Of a stretch of 64,000 nt of DNA, positions 44,472 through 55,851 are shown in pieces. The position numbers and the translations under genes are program-made. The stretch comes from Patescibacteria group bacterium. GTDB taxonomy: Bacteria; Patescibacteriota; UBA1384; JBBRAU01. The stretch lies in the NCBI GenBank assembly GCA_038206475.1, contig JBBRAU010000002.1:13892-77891 (forward strand), given 5' to 3'. Every line of letters starts with the position of its first letter. The first letter of the stretch is position 1. The notes under the pieces are model-generated. The model worked only from the letters and a program-made list of their open reading frames with translations. It was not told the DNA's origin and did no database searches.

Positions 44472-47400
44472 CTAACGAGGCTGATTTACGCGGGTGCTAA
44501 AGCCAGTACCGGCCGGAATCAATTTACCAATAATGACATTCTCTTTCAGGCCGCGCAGCTTATCAACTTTACCTTCGATAGCCGCTTCCAGAAGCACATT
44601 GGTCGTTTCCTGGAACGATGCGGCCGACAGGAAGGAGTCGGTCTTTAAGGAGACCCTGGAGATACCGAGCACAATCGGCTCAGCGGTGGCCACCTTGCCT
44701 TTATTGCGCTTAGACTCAGTGTTAGCCGTCTGAAAGGCCTGCTTGGAGACCGTGTCACCAGGCGTCAGCGTGGTGTCGTTCGGCTCTAAAATACGCACCT
44801 TTGACAGCATTTGACGAATGATTACCTCGACGTGTTTGTGGTTAATGTTTTGACCTTGGGTGGCGTAAATGGCCTTAACTTCACGGATAATGTATGCGGC
44901 TAATTTCTCCGGTCCGAGCAAACGCAAGCCCTGGGCTAGGTCCCATTGACCATCGGTCAACTGCTGACCAACCGTGACGGCGTCGCCGTCTTTGACGAGT
45001 AGGTCAAGCTCCAGCGGTACTTCATACTCACGGGCAGCCTTTTCCAGCGAGCGGACAACCACAACGTTGCCGGTGATCTCGACCGTGCCTTCCATTTGAG
45101 CGCGGATGTTTTTGCCGTCAACTTTCTGGGCCAAAATCTGTTTTGGTTTAACACGTTCACCGTCAGTCACCGAAACGGTGGCTCCCTCTGGCAATTCGTG
45201 CAATTCACGTTCAAAATCTTTGGCCGTTACGCGGATGCGACGTAAATCTTTCTCGGTAGTAATATTGACTTTGCCGGAAAGCTCAGTCAGACGGGCAACG
45301 ACACGTGGCATGCGAGCTTCAAACAGCTCTTCAACGCGCGGCAGACCGGTAGTAATGTCGGCTGAAGCGGCGGAACCCCCCATGTGGAAGGTTTTCATCG
45401 TCAGCTGTGTGCCCGGCTCGCCAATTGCCTGGGCAGCCACAATACCAACCACGGCGCCAAGTTCAACGGTTGTACCAGTAGCTAAATCGTCACCGTAGCA
45501 ACGCTGGCAAACACCGAATTCAGCTTGGCAAGCCAAGAGCGAGCGAATTTTAGCTGAGGTCACGCCAGAAGCGGCAATGGCGTCAGCAATTTCAGCGCTC
45601 ACCTTGGTACCCGCTTTATGGCCGGCCGTCTCCTCCGCCAGGTAGCGGCCGAGGAGAGCACTTTGCAGTGTCTCACCAACCAACTCAACGTCGGCGGTGT
45701 GAATAATCGTGCCCTCTTTGGTGCCACAATCTGGCTCATCAACAATAGTGTCCTGAGAGACATCGACCAAACGGCGGGTTAAGTAGCCAGCTTCTGAAGT
45801 ACGCAAGGCAGTGTCGGCCCGGCCTTTACGCGAACCGTGGGTGGAGATGAAATATTCAAACTCATCGAGGCCGGTTTTGAAGTTTGATTTAATTGGCAGC
45901 TCAATAATTTCACCTGAAGGATTAACCATCAAACCTTGCATGCCGGCCATCTGGGTTAACTGGTTAACTGAACCGCGTGCGCCGGACATAACCATCCAGT
46001 AAATAGGTGAATTTTGGTCATACTGCGCCACCATATCGTCACCGATTTGGCTCATGGTGCTCATCCAAAGCTGAATGGTTTTTTGGCTGCGTTCTTGATC
46101 CGTCATTAAACCGAGCGTGAATTGCTCATCAACCTGTTCCAACTTATGCTCAACTTTTTGCAAAATGGCATCTTTGGTGTCTGGTACATGCAAGTCAGAA
46201 ATAGCAAAAGTCGTGCCAGAGCGCTCAGCATAACCAAAGCCAAGTTTTTTTACCTCATCGACAATGCGGGCGGTTTCAGCCACGCCGCACTTTTCGAAGA
46301 CTTCGGCGATCACCTTTTTAACACTGTTTTTCTTATCGAGCACGACATTTTTGAAGGAGATACCTTTTGGCAGGTGACGATTGAAAATAACTCGACCGGT
46401 GGTTGTCTCTATCACATCGGATGCGGTATCAGCCATACCGTGGCCACTAATTTTGACTTTGACCTTGGCCTGTAGATCGATCAAGCCGTTCTCATAGGCC
46501 ATGATAGCCTCCTCACCGGAGGAAAAGCTTTTACCTTCGCCCAAAGCACCTGGTTTGTCGTTGGTTAAGTAGTAACAACCGAGCACCATATCCAAGCGCG
46601 GTGAGACCACTGGTTCGCCGGAGGCCGGCTTGAGTAAGTTGTGCGAGCTGCGCATAATTACGCTGGCCTCATGGCGAGCCTGTTTAGACAACGGCACATG
46701 GACAGCCATCATGTCGCCATCAAAGTCGGCGTTGAAGGCTTCGCAGACCAACGGGTGAATTTGAATGGCCTTGCCTTCAATCAAGATTGGCCGGAAAGCC
46801 TGAATACCGAGACGGTGCAGGGTGGGGGCCCGGTTGAGGAGCACGTAGTGTTCGCTGGTAATATCTTCCAGGATGTCCCAAACGACGTTGTCGCTGTGCT
46901 CAATCATTTTGGTAGCGTTTTTAACGTTGAAAACGTAGCCATCCGAGATAAGGCGACCGATGACAAACGGCTTGAACAGCTCAAGTGCCATCACTTTTGG
47001 CAGACCGCACTCGCCCATAGCCAACTGTGGGCCAACGACAATAACCGAACGGCCAGAGTAGTCGACGCGCTTACCGAGCAAGTTTTGGCGGAATCGGCCC
47101 TGTTTGCCGCGCAGCATATCAGACAGAGAGCGCAATTTACGCCGGTTACCGACGGTTTGAGCGGCGCTGCGGCCACGGCGGGTTTCGTTGTCAATCAAGG
47201 CGTCAACAGCCTCTTGCAACATGCGTTTTTCGTTGCGGGTAATAACCTCCGGCGCGCCTTGGTTGAGCAGTCGCTTCAGGCGATTGTTGCGGTTGATGAC
47301 GCGGCGATAAAGGTCGTTTAGGTCAGACGCGGCAAAACGGCCGCCGTCCAGCTGCACCATCGGACGCAGGTCTGGTGGAATGACCGGCAGTCGGGTTAAA

Positions 47401-48485
47401 ATTAACCACTCTGGCTGAATGGCGGCCCGTTCAAAGTTTTGGAAAATTTTCAGCCGGCGCAAGGTTTTGCGCTTGTTTTGGCCAACAGCATGAATGGCCT
47501 CTTCTTTCAGCTCAGTGATGGTGGCCGGCACGTCAATGCGGTGCAGCAGCTCTAGAATAGCTTCGGCACCAATGCCAACGCGCAGGAGGTTGCCATACTT
47601 AACGGATAGATCAAAGTAACGTGACTCAGACAGAATTTGCAGCGACTTAATACCCTGCAGCTCTGATTTAGACTGCTTGAAAGCAGCTTCTAACTGCTCT
47701 GTAGACAGGTCCTCCTGGCCACTGGCCACCGCCGCTTTCAGCTCGGCATACTCACGCTCTAAGTCCAAAAGCATCTCTTCGCGCATTGTTTCGTTAATAG
47801 AAAGTACGATGAAGCCGGCAAAGTAGATAACCTTTTCCAAGTCCGAGACAGAGATGTCTAATATTAAAGATAAAACCGACGGAATGCCGCGAACGTACCA
47901 AGTGTGGGCGGTTGGCACGGCCAAATCGATGTGGCCCATGCGCTCACGACGCACGGCACTTTTGGTTACTTCAACGCCACATTTGTCGCAGATGACACCG
48001 CGATAGCGCACTTTTTTGTACTTGCCACAGTAGCATTCAAAGTCACGGACGGGGCCAAAGATTTTTTCGCAAAACAGACCGTCACGCTCCGGCTTTTGCG
48101 TACGATAGTTAATCGTTTCCGGCTTCAAGACTTCACCATACGACCAGGTCAGAATTTCCTCTGGCGAGGCCACCGCGATGCGCACCGCATCAAAACGATC
48201 CGTTTGGTTCTTGTTCTCAACCTCTTCGCGTTCACGCTCTCGGCGGGGCAGCGCCTCTTCCAACGCTGAGACCTCAATCGGGTCAGCCGCCGCCTTTAAA
48301 ATATCGTCTGAGACAAGCTGCGGCAGAGGTACGCCATCTAACAGCGCCTCATCCTGCAGCACGTCGCGCTCAACCGCTTCCGCGACCTCGTCCGCACCAA
48401 TGTCATCCGACAAAGCCATCGTCGGCAGCTCAAGCATTGGCTCAGCAGCCAGTGGCTCGTCGTTCATCTCAGCTTGTTTCGCCAT
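44472..48485 (-). CDS. rpoC: DNA-directed RNA polymerase beta' subunit
   Basis: 1337 aa; NADFDGD catalytic motif; AAGGGAGA SD. Confidence 0.95.
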   Translation of the reverse strand: MAKQAEMNDEPLAAEPMLELPTMALSDDIGADEVAEAVERDVLQDEALLDGVPLPQLVSDDILKAAADPIEVSALEEALPRREREREEVENKNQTDRFDAVRIAVASPEEILTWSYGEVLKPETINYRTQKPERDGLFCEKIFGPVRDFECYCGKYKKVRYRGVICDKCGVEVTKSAVRRERMGHIDLAVPTAHTWYVRGIPSVLSLILDISVSDLEKVIYFAGFIVLSINETMREEMLLDLEREYAELKAAVASGQEDLSTEQLEAAFKQSKSELQGIKSLQILSESRYFDLSVKYGNLLRVGIGAEAILELLHRIDVPATITELKEEAIHAVGQNKRKTLRRLKIFQNFERAAIQPEWLILTRLPVIPPDLRPMVQLDGGRFAASDLNDLYRRVINRNNRLKRLLNQGAPEVITRNEKRMLQEAVDALIDNETRRGRSAAQTVGNRRKLRSLSDMLRGKQGRFRQNLLGKRVDYSGRSVIVVGPQLAMGECGLPKVMALELFKPFVIGRLISDGYVFNVKNATKMIEHSDNVVWDILEDITSEHYVLLNRAPTLHRLGIQAFRPILIEGKAIQIHPLVCEAFNADFDGDMMAVHVPLSKQARHEASVIMRSSHNLLKPASGEPVVSPRLDMVLGCYYLTNDKPGALGEGKSFSSGEEAIMAYENGLIDLQAKVKVKISGHGMADTASDVIETTTGRVIFNRHLPKGISFKNVVLDKKNSVKKVIAEVFEKCGVAETARIVDEVKKLGFGYAERSGTTFAISDLHVPDTKDAILQKVEHKLEQVDEQFTLGLMTDQERSQKTIQLWMSTMSQIGDDMVAQYDQNSPIYWMVMSGARGSVNQLTQMAGMQGLMVNPSGEIIELPIKSNFKTGLDEFEYFISTHGSRKGRADTALRTSEAGYLTRRLVDVSQDTIVDEPDCGTKEGTIIHTADVELVGETLQSALLGRYLAEETAGHKAGTKVSAEIADAIAASGVTSAKIRSLLACQAEFGVCQRCYGDDLATGTTVELGAVVGIVAAQAIGEPGTQLTMKTFHMGGSAASADITTGLPRVEELFEARMPRVVARLTELSGKVNITTEKDLRRIRVTAKDFERELHELPEGATVSVTDGERVKPKQILAQKVDGKNIRAQMEGTVEITGNVVVVRSLEKAAREYEVPLELDLLVKDGDAVTVGQQLTDGQWDLAQGLRLLGPEKLAAYIIREVKAIYATQGQNINHKHVEVIIRQMLSKVRILEPNDTTLTPGDTVSKQAFQTANTESKRNKGKVATAEPIVLGISRVSLKTDSFLSAASFQETTNVLLEAAIEGKVDKLRGLKENVIIGKLIPAGTGFSTRVNQPR

Positions 48486-48540
48486 ATATCTCCCTTTCGC
48501 TTAGCGAAAGCTTGCTTCATCGCGCAGCGAAAAGCTTTGC

Positions 48541-51500
48541 TTATTCCTTAGCCGAAACAACGGCCTTGTTACTTTTAGCTGGGGCTTCGTCATCAACCGG
48601 CTTCTCAGAACCTGGTTCGATATCCTCGGCCATGTCGTCAATTTCAGTGGTTAACTCATCAATAGTCTCTTCGGCTACATCATCTTCGTCCAACACACTC
48701 GGCTCGGCTTGCTGCGTCTCGGCCACAACCGCTCGGATCTTCTCAGCATGATGAACAGTTACGTCTGGAATTTCTTCCAGCTGCTCGCCCTTAGCCTCCA
48801 GGAGGTCAACCGACAGACCGAGTGATTGCAGCTCTTTGACTAACACATGGAACGACTCAGGGATGCTTGGCTTCTGAATTGGCTCGTCTTTAATAATTGA
48901 TTCGTAGGCACGAGAACGACCGACCACGTCATCAGACTTGATGGTTAACATCTCCTGAAGCATGTGGGCAGCACCGTAGGCCTCAAGCGCCCAGACCTCC
49001 ATTTCGCCCAAGCGCTGACCACCGAATTGAGCTTTGCCGCCGAGCGGTTGCTGGGTGATCATTGAGTACGGTCCAACCGAGCGGGCATGCACTTTGTCAT
49101 CAACCAAGTGATTAAGCTTCAACATGTAAATGATGCCGACCGTGACGTCGTGCTCATATGGTTGACCAGTTTTGCCGTCGTAGAGCACCGTCTTACCGGT
49201 TTCCGGCAAGTTTGCCTTCTTGAGCTCGGCGTAAATATCTTCAATTTTGGCGCCTTCAAACACAGGTGCCGCTACTTTGTAACCAAGCTTTTGGGCGGCC
49301 CAGCCAAGGTGCGTTTCAAAAATCTGGCCGAGGTTCATGCGCGAAACCACACCATGCGGGTTGAGCACAACGTCCAGGGGCCGGCCGTCGGGCAAGAACG
49401 GCATATCCTCCTCCGGCAAAATGGCAGCGATAACGCCTTTGTTACCGTGGCGGCCAGCCAACTTATCGCCGACTGAGACTTTGCGCAGTTGAGCCACCGA
49501 CACTTCAACCATCTGGAAAACGCCGGTTGGAAGTTCATCACCCTTTGATTTTTCGAACAATTTAATTTCGACAATTTTACCACGTTCACCGTGCGGCAAA
49601 CGAAGCGAGGAGTCACGAACGTCCTTAGCTTTCTCACCAAAGATGGCGCGCAGCAGGCGCTCTTCAGCCGAAGGCTCCGTCTCACCTTTTGGCGAGATTT
49701 TGCCAACCAGGATATCGCCCGGGCCAACTTCAGCGCCAATTTGGACGACGCCCTCTTCATCTAAATTCGACAACGCTTCTTCACCGACGTTCGGAATATC
49801 GCGCGTAATCTGCTCTGGGCCAAGTTTGGTGTCGCGCACTTCCATGGAATATTTTTCAATATGGATCGAGGTAAAGCGGTCTTCTTTCACCAAACGCTCA
49901 GACAGAATAACACCGTCTTCGTAGTTGTAGCCGCCCCAAGACAAGAAGCCGCACAGCAGATTTTGACCCAGCGCCAGCTCGCCCTCTTCGGTAGCGTTTG
50001 AGTCAACGATAACCTGACCGGCTTTGACAGACTGGCCGACACTAACAATTGGTCGCTGGTTTAAGGAGGTGGCCTGATTAGAGCGGACGAATTTATCTAA
50101 TTGATAGGTGTACTCTTTTTTATCACTGCCAAGCAGAGTAATGCTGTCGCCGCCGACTTTGCTGATTGTACCGTCAATCTCAGCGGTTATCAGCTGACCA
50201 GAGTCCAAGGCGGCCGGGCCTTCAATGCCGGTGCCAACTACCGGCGATTGCGGCCGAATAACCGGCACCGCCTGGCGCATCATTGACGAGCCCATCGAGG
50301 AGCGGGCAGCGGCATCGTGCTCGATAAACGGAATTAGCGCCGTGGTGATGGCCACAGTTTGCATCGGCGAAACGTCCATGTACTGAACATGTTTGCGGTC
50401 TGCCATCCCTGGCTCGCCATAACGGCGGACGACCAAGCGGCGGTCAGTCAGAAAACCTTGAGCGTCAACCGGCGCGGAAGCCGGGGCAATGATAGCCCGT
50501 TCTTCGTCGGCGGCGTCCAGGTAAATCATTTCATCAATTACTTTAACTTTTCCATTCTCTTGGATGACTTTGCGGTACGGCGTTTCAATGAAACCATAGT
50601 CATTGATGCGACCATAGCTCGCCAAATAACCAACCAAACCGATGTTTGGGCCTTCTGGCGTTTCAATTGGGCATATGCGGCCGTAGTGACTGGCATGTAC
50701 ATCACGGACTTCGAAGCCGGCACGTTCACGGGTTAAGCCGCCCGGGCCGGTGGCTGACAGGGTGCGCTTGTGCTCAAGCTCAGCGATGGGGTTAATTTGG
50801 TTCATAAACTGCGACAACTGTGAGGAGGCGAAGAACTCTTGCAGCACAGCCACAATTGGCCGTGAGTTAATCAGTTGTTGCGGCGCCACCGTCGCCAGGT
50901 CGCAGACGGCCATGCGGTCACGGGCGATCCTCTCCAAGCGCAGCAAACCGACCCGCACTTTGTTTTGCACCAGCTCTCCAACGGTACGGATGCGGCGATT
51001 CTTCAGCGAGTCCATGTCGTCGGCTTTGGCGTTTGGATTGTTGTTCAGGCGGATAATTTCTTTAATAATCTCGATCAAATCTTCGCGGCGCAGAACGCGG
51101 TGTTCCGGCATGTTTGGCACGTCCAGCAGCAGGCGCTGGTTGAGTTTGTAGCGGCCAACACGGCCAATGTCGTAGCGTTTCGGGTTGAAAAACAGCGCAT
51201 CCAAAAAGACTTTGGCCGACTCCGGGGTGGCCAAATCGCCCGGTCGAATGCGCTTGTAGACCTCCACTAAAGCTTCGCGCTCGTCTTTGGCCGGGTCTTT
51301 GGCTAGAGTGGCCTTTAGGTACTGGTGGTCTGGGTTATTGTCGACGTCAGCAAACAGCCCGATGATCTCTTCGTCAGTGCTGTAGCCAAACGCCCTGAGC
51401 AGCGTACTAATAGTGACACGACGTTTGCGGTCAACTTTGACCGAGATGATGTCCTTGGAAGAAGTTTCGATTTCCAGCCACGCTCCACGGGAAGGAATGA

Positions 51501-52083
51501 TTTTAGCGCCAAACAGCTTACGACTAGATGAAGAGGAGTCGTCGAGCAAGAAAAGCACGCCGTAGGAGCGGACAATCTGTGAGACGACAATACGTTCGAT
51601 ACCGTTAATAATAAACGTGCCGCGCTCAGTCATAACCGGAAAGTCACCGAGATAGACGTCGCCTTCTTTAATTTCACCGGTTTCCTGGTTTGTCAGGGCG
51701 GTGCGTACTCTCACGCTTGCTTTATAGGTTAAATTTTTAGCTTTGGCGGTAGCTTCATCAATCGTCGGCTCTTCCATAACGTAATCGCCAAGCGACAGCG
51801 TCAGGTTTTTGCCGGTAAAGTCGGCAATCGGCGAAATCTCGTCCAGCAGTTCGCGCAAGCCTTCATTGAAAAACCAACGATAGGAGTTGGTTTGCAGTTC
51901 AATCAGGTTTGGCAACGGTGCCGGCTCAGAAACCGTGCCGAAACGACGGCGCTTGAGAGCTGTGTCGGTTAGTAGCTTCTGATAGCTAGTCCGCTCACGG
52001 ACGGCTGCCTGCGCGGGCACAGCCGCATCTTTAGTTGCGCCGGCGCCGGCAGTCTTCTTGGACGTGGATGCTGTAGCCACCAT
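48541..52083 (-). CDS. rpoB: DNA-directed RNA polymerase beta subunit
   Basis: Approx. 1180 aa from ATG 52083 (GGAAGGAG SD); ORF track extends to TTG 52197. Confidence 0.95.
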   Translation of the reverse strand: MVATASTSKKTAGAGATKDAAVPAQAAVRERTSYQKLLTDTALKRRRFGTVSEPAPLPNLIELQTNSYRWFFNEGLRELLDEISPIADFTGKNLTLSLGDYVMEEPTIDEATAKAKNLTYKASVRVRTALTNQETGEIKEGDVYLGDFPVMTERGTFIINGIERIVVSQIVRSYGVLFLLDDSSSSSRKLFGAKIIPSRGAWLEIETSSKDIISVKVDRKRRVTISTLLRAFGYSTDEEIIGLFADVDNNPDHQYLKATLAKDPAKDEREALVEVYKRIRPGDLATPESAKVFLDALFFNPKRYDIGRVGRYKLNQRLLLDVPNMPEHRVLRREDLIEIIKEIIRLNNNPNAKADDMDSLKNRRIRTVGELVQNKVRVGLLRLERIARDRMAVCDLATVAPQQLINSRPIVAVLQEFFASSQLSQFMNQINPIAELEHKRTLSATGPGGLTRERAGFEVRDVHASHYGRICPIETPEGPNIGLVGYLASYGRINDYGFIETPYRKVIQENGKVKVIDEMIYLDAADEERAIIAPASAPVDAQGFLTDRRLVVRRYGEPGMADRKHVQYMDVSPMQTVAITTALIPFIEHDAAARSSMGSSMMRQAVPVIRPQSPVVGTGIEGPAALDSGQLITAEIDGTISKVGGDSITLLGSDKKEYTYQLDKFVRSNQATSLNQRPIVSVGQSVKAGQVIVDSNATEEGELALGQNLLCGFLSWGGYNYEDGVILSERLVKEDRFTSIHIEKYSMEVRDTKLGPEQITRDIPNVGEEALSNLDEEGVVQIGAEVGPGDILVGKISPKGETEPSAEERLLRAIFGEKAKDVRDSSLRLPHGERGKIVEIKLFEKSKGDELPTGVFQMVEVSVAQLRKVSVGDKLAGRHGNKGVIAAILPEEDMPFLPDGRPLDVVLNPHGVVSRMNLGQIFETHLGWAAQKLGYKVAAPVFEGAKIEDIYAELKKANLPETGKTVLYDGKTGQPYEHDVTVGIIYMLKLNHLVDDKVHARSVGPYSMITQQPLGGKAQFGGQRLGEMEVWALEAYGAAHMLQEMLTIKSDDVVGRSRAYESIIKDEPIQKPSIPESFHVLVKELQSLGLSVDLLEAKGEQLEEIPDVTVHHAEKIRAVVAETQQAEPSVLDEDDVAEETIDELTTEIDDMAEDIEPGSEKPVDDEAPAKSNKAVVSAKE

Positions 52084-52364
52084 GGGCTCCTTCCTCATTC
52101 TCTCTGCTGGCCACCTGCTGCTGGTGACTGCTGAGAAATACCGCTTTCCTGCCCAAACTGCTCTATTTGGGCGATCATCATCTGTCCCCCATGTCAAGAC
52201 AAAATTTTGCCATGGCTCCCGCTGCTGACTGAATCACTCGCTTAGGCGCAAAAACGACCCACATTTTATGCGGCTACAGTAAAGTAGTCGCCTATGCAGG
52301 CTTATACTCAGCGGAAAACTAGGCTAGGGGTGCTACCACGCTGAAAATGTTACTTATGCTTTTA

Positions 52365-52393
52365 TGTATACGCTCCAGTCGTTTGATTGTCAA
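52365..52393 (-). promoter_or_regulatory. Candidate promoter for rpoBC
   Basis: Minus strand TTGACA - 17 nt - TATACA, right after the obg stop; implies a leader of about 280 nt. Confidence 0.3.
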
Positions 52394-52416
52394 GCGTATG
52401 AAGGAAGTGGAAAGTG

Positions 52417-53403
52417 CTACAGATGACTCACAATTTGGCGGACGAGCTCTGGTATTCCAGCGTGAGTAGCGGCGGAGATGACCGCTGGCGGCTGACCGGC
52501 GGTTTGCGCGATCGCCGCCGTCTTTTCGACTAATTCTACCGGCGCAACCAACTCACTCTTGGTTACCACGGCAATCTCTGGCCGGTCCGCCAGAGCCTGA
52601 TCAAAAGCAGCCAGCTCTTGACGGATGGTTCGGTAGGCCTCAGCCATATCTTCGTTCTCAACCGAGATTAAATGAATAAGTAGGCCGGTCCGCCGAACAT
52701 GTTTCAAGAAAGCGTCGCCTAGCCCTTTGCCTTCGGAGGCACCGGCGATCAAGCCCGGGATATCGGCGACGACAAAGGTTTTGTCATCAATCTCAACTAC
52801 GCCGAGCTCAGGCTCAAGCGTCGTAAAGGGGTAGGCGGCAATTTTTGGTTTGGCTCGGCTGATAACCGACAGCAGGGTGGATTTGCCGGCGTTCGGCAGA
52901 CCGATCAAACCGACATCAGCAATCAGCTGCCACTCCAGCTCTAGTTTGCGTTGCTCACCCGGTTGACCTGGCTTGGCCCAATCTGGCGCCTGTTTAATAG
53001 AAGTGGCAAAATGTTGGTTGCCCCAACCACCGTTACCGCCACGGGCCACACGCACAGTTTGGCCGACCGTTTGTAAGTCGGCCAGTTGTTGTTTGCGACC
53101 ATCCGGCAACAGTTCGCGCACAACGGTGCCGACTGGTACAGCCAGCACTAAATCTTCGCCACGTTTACCGCTTTTTTGTTGGCGACCACCCTGCTCGCCC
53201 TCAGGAGCGGCGAAGTCATGTTTGCGGCGAAAGAGGTCTAAACCGTGCGGTCCAGCCTCAGCGCGGACCAAAACATCACCGCCGCGGCCACCGTCACCGC
53301 CGTCTGGTCCGCCGTTTGGCACATACTTTTCACGCCGAAAAGAGACGTGCCCGTCACCGCCGCGGCCGCCTTGAACGTGGATTGTCGCTTCATCAATCAG
53401 CAT
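52417..53403 (-). CDS. obg: GTPase Obg
   Basis: Gly-rich Obg fold N-terminus, GLPNAGKST G1 motif; start at internal ATG 53403. Confidence 0.9.
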   Translation of the reverse strand: MLIDEATIHVQGGRGGDGHVSFRREKYVPNGGPDGGDGGRGGDVLVRAEAGPHGLDLFRRKHDFAAPEGEQGGRQQKSGKRGEDLVLAVPVGTVVRELLPDGRKQQLADLQTVGQTVRVARGGNGGWGNQHFATSIKQAPDWAKPGQPGEQRKLELEWQLIADVGLIGLPNAGKSTLLSVISRAKPKIAAYPFTTLEPELGVVEIDDKTFVVADIPGLIAGASEGKGLGDAFLKHVRRTGLLIHLISVENEDMAEAYRTIRQELAAFDQALADRPEIAVVTKSELVAPVELVEKTAAIAQTAGQPPAVISAATHAGIPELVRQIVSHL

Positions 53404-53827
53404 GCGGACGAGTATACACCAGACGGAGCGGGATATGAAGGGTGCGCCGGCGTTTTGCCTGCAACAAGCCAAGCGGTACAACGACCGTACCGTGGTCGAC
53501 GCTAGCACGAACCACATGGTGGCCGGCCACCTCAATACGGTCCAGCTCAACCTCAAAACCGGCCGGCTGCGGCAGTCTCAGCTGGATATTTTCAAGCACC
53601 AGCGGCAAGTGATTAGTAACAGTAATTTTCGCCACACCAACTTCACCGACAGCAAGCGGCTCGGGCGGCAGAACTTGTTCAATTTGCAGCAAGCGTGATG
53701 AAATTTGGTAGCCCACCGGGTTTTGGGCCGTCTCGGCTGGCAGGGCGGTTCGCCGTTGCCAGCACCAAAATGAGACTGCTGTTGCGCCGAGCTCCAGCAG
53801 CAGGGCGATAGCTACAAGCCCGGTCAT
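53393..53827 (-). CDS. Hypothetical membrane-anchored protein
   Basis: N-terminal TM segment; overlaps downstream obg start by 11 nt and the upstream gene by 4 nt. Confidence 0.4.
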   Translation of the reverse strand: MTGLVAIALLLELGATAVSFWCWQRRTALPAETAQNPVGYQISSRLLQIEQVLPPEPLAVGEVGVAKITVTNHLPLVLENIQLRLPQPAGFEVELDRIEVAGHHVVRASVDHGTVVVPLGLLQAKRRRTLHIPLRLVYTRPHAD

Positions 53828-54414
53828 GGCTGGGTTGAGCTGGCCTGAGGCGGCGCGGGTGTTGTCACCGTCAACGATGCTGGCTGGTCAATCTTCGAGA
53901 CCACGCCGTCCTGTTTGGTCAGCACTAGACTGTCGACTGGAATTGTCAAGTTAACTGCCGCAGACAGCGGCAGTGTACCAAGTGTCATCTGACCCTCGGG
54001 CAGCAAACTATCCGGCAGCATGACAGTCAACTTACGACTGGCCGCATCATAGTGCAGACCGGGTGTGTCTTCGGCTGCCGAAAAACCGGCAAATGCCGGG
54101 TCGACCGGCAGCGTCAGCTCAACTGACTGCAGTGAGCTGTCTGGTACATCGAGAATGAGCGTGGCGGCATCAGTATGATCTTCGGCTAATGTTAATTTTT
54201 CCGGCAAAAAGAATAGGCTTGGCGTTGAGCTAGCCGTCACAATCGCCGTTGGCTGGTCGGCGTAACTGGCGGCGCCGCGTCCTAGCCACTCGCTGCCGCT
54301 GACACCGAGTACCAAGAGAACCGCAATCAAAAAACCGTAGCGGTGGAACGTCTGACGCAGCCACTGCCAAAAGAGCCCGAGCGGGTGCGCGCGGTGAGGA
54401 TGGCGCTTCTGCAT
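53824..54414 (-). CDS. Hypothetical membrane-anchored protein
   Basis: Basic N-terminus then TM (GFLIAVLLVLGV) then soluble domain. Confidence 0.45.
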   Translation of the reverse strand: MQKRHPHRAHPLGLFWQWLRQTFHRYGFLIAVLLVLGVSGSEWLGRGAASYADQPTAIVTASSTPSLFFLPEKLTLAEDHTDAATLILDVPDSSLQSVELTLPVDPAFAGFSAAEDTPGLHYDAASRKLTVMLPDSLLPEGQMTLGTLPLSAAVNLTIPVDSLVLTKQDGVVSKIDQPASLTVTTPAPPQASSTQP

Positions 54415-54476
54415 GATGGCTTGAGTATATCAAAAAAATGGCATCATGAGACGCCATTTTTGACTATATATAGACG

Positions 54477-55685
54477 CTAACGAATACCGGGGTCAAACGG
54501 CACGCCACCCCGCTCAACTTGAAGGTGTAGGTGCGGGCCGGTTGAATTGCCGGTTGAGCCAACCGAGCCAATACGCTCACCTTGACCAATGGCACCGCCG
54601 CTGGCCGCCTCGGCCGCATAAGCCGAAAGATGAGCGTAGCGCATGGTAATACCGCCGCCGCAGTTGACGAGAATGTAGTTACCGAAGCCACCGTTCCAAG
54701 CGCCAAAGTGGCCAGCATCAATGACTGTACCAGAGCACGAGGAGTAGACCGGCGTACCGGTGGGCGCGTCGTAATCAACACCCATATGGCCGGTGCCGAC
54801 ACCGCGGGCGATCCGCGTGTAGTGCAAGGGCAAAATCCAACCACTGGCGGCGGCGCTGATGCGGTCGCTAGAGGTTAAAAGAACTTTGCCTCTGGAGGTG
54901 GCTTTTTTGCTGGCGGTCGCTAATTTAGCTTGCTCAGTGGCGGCAAATTTGGCTAGCTCGGTGTCTGAATAGTCATCGCTCGGGATAACAAGGTTTTGAC
55001 CCACCTGCATGTTGTCGACGTTCGTAAGGTGGTTAGCGTACTTTAGGGTGGCGGTTTTTACACCGAACATGGTGGCCACGGTCGACAGTGTGTCGCCGTC
55101 AGTAACGATATAATTGGTCGGCCGCACCACTGGTCGGCTGGCCCGGTCAATTGGGTCTGGCTCAATTGCCACTGGACTAGGTTGCGCAATTGGTCCCCCT
55201 TGGGCTGGTCCTTGCAGCACATTCGCCACGGTTAACGTTTGACTTAAATGAGACTGCAGCACCTGTATGTTCTCGTTAGAAGCTGGTGGCAGAGGGTCAA
55301 TTGAAGTCACAAATAAATTGCCAACTACCGCAAAGGCAGCCAACAGAATAAGCGGCAGCAAGGGAGAACGAACCGCTTGCAGGCGTCGCGCAATCGCCAT
55401 TAAAATAACCGGCGCAGCCGAAACAGCAGAAAATGGCTCAAAAGTAGTACGGAACGCTCCTATGCGCTGACGCAAGCCAGATCCCGAGAAAAGACGATTA
55501 GCCTTTTGAGAGTTCTGCTGATGCATTAGCCAGAGGAGCAGCGGTTCATGCGGGCCGTCGCTGTCGACAGTGGCGTCGATAGACGAGCTATCCATCACGT
55601 GACAAGCATGTGATGGCAGCCCTCGACGGCGGCCCGGACGAGAAGTCGGAGTAACCTTCGACTGGGCGCCCAAGTTTAGTAGCAA
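54477..55685 (-). CDS. LysM-domain M23 family metallopeptidase
   Basis: LysM (YIVTDGDTLSTVATMFGV...VGQNLVIP) and M23 (GHMGVDYDAP...GSTGNSTGPHLHLQV); TTG start with AAGGAG 4 nt upstream. Confidence 0.8.
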   Translation of the reverse strand: MLLNLGAQSKVTPTSRPGRRRGLPSHACHVMDSSSIDATVDSDGPHEPLLLWLMHQQNSQKANRLFSGSGLRQRIGAFRTTFEPFSAVSAAPVILMAIARRLQAVRSPLLPLILLAAFAVVGNLFVTSIDPLPPASNENIQVLQSHLSQTLTVANVLQGPAQGGPIAQPSPVAIEPDPIDRASRPVVRPTNYIVTDGDTLSTVATMFGVKTATLKYANHLTNVDNMQVGQNLVIPSDDYSDTELAKFAATEQAKLATASKKATSRGKVLLTSSDRISAAASGWILPLHYTRIARGVGTGHMGVDYDAPTGTPVYSSCSGTVIDAGHFGAWNGGFGNYILVNCGGGITMRYAHLSAYAAEAASGGAIGQGERIGSVGSTGNSTGPHLHLQVERGGVPFDPGIR

Positions 55686-55765
55686 ATGGCTCCTTCGTCC
55701 GCTGATTCGTGAAAAAACGGCGGAACTGTGTTGGTGACGGCAAACGCCATGACCACACGATTGTC

Positions 55766-55794
55766 ATCTTACCGAGGCCGCTGAGCCCTGTCAA
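55766..55794 (-). promoter_or_regulatory. Candidate promoter for the LysM/M23 gene
   Basis: Minus strand TTGACA - 17 nt - TAAGAT. Confidence 0.4.
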
Positions 55795-55851
55795 CTATTT
55801 TTGCTGATAAAACAGCTTCTTTGGGCCTATTTTAGGCGTTTCTAGGCGTGA

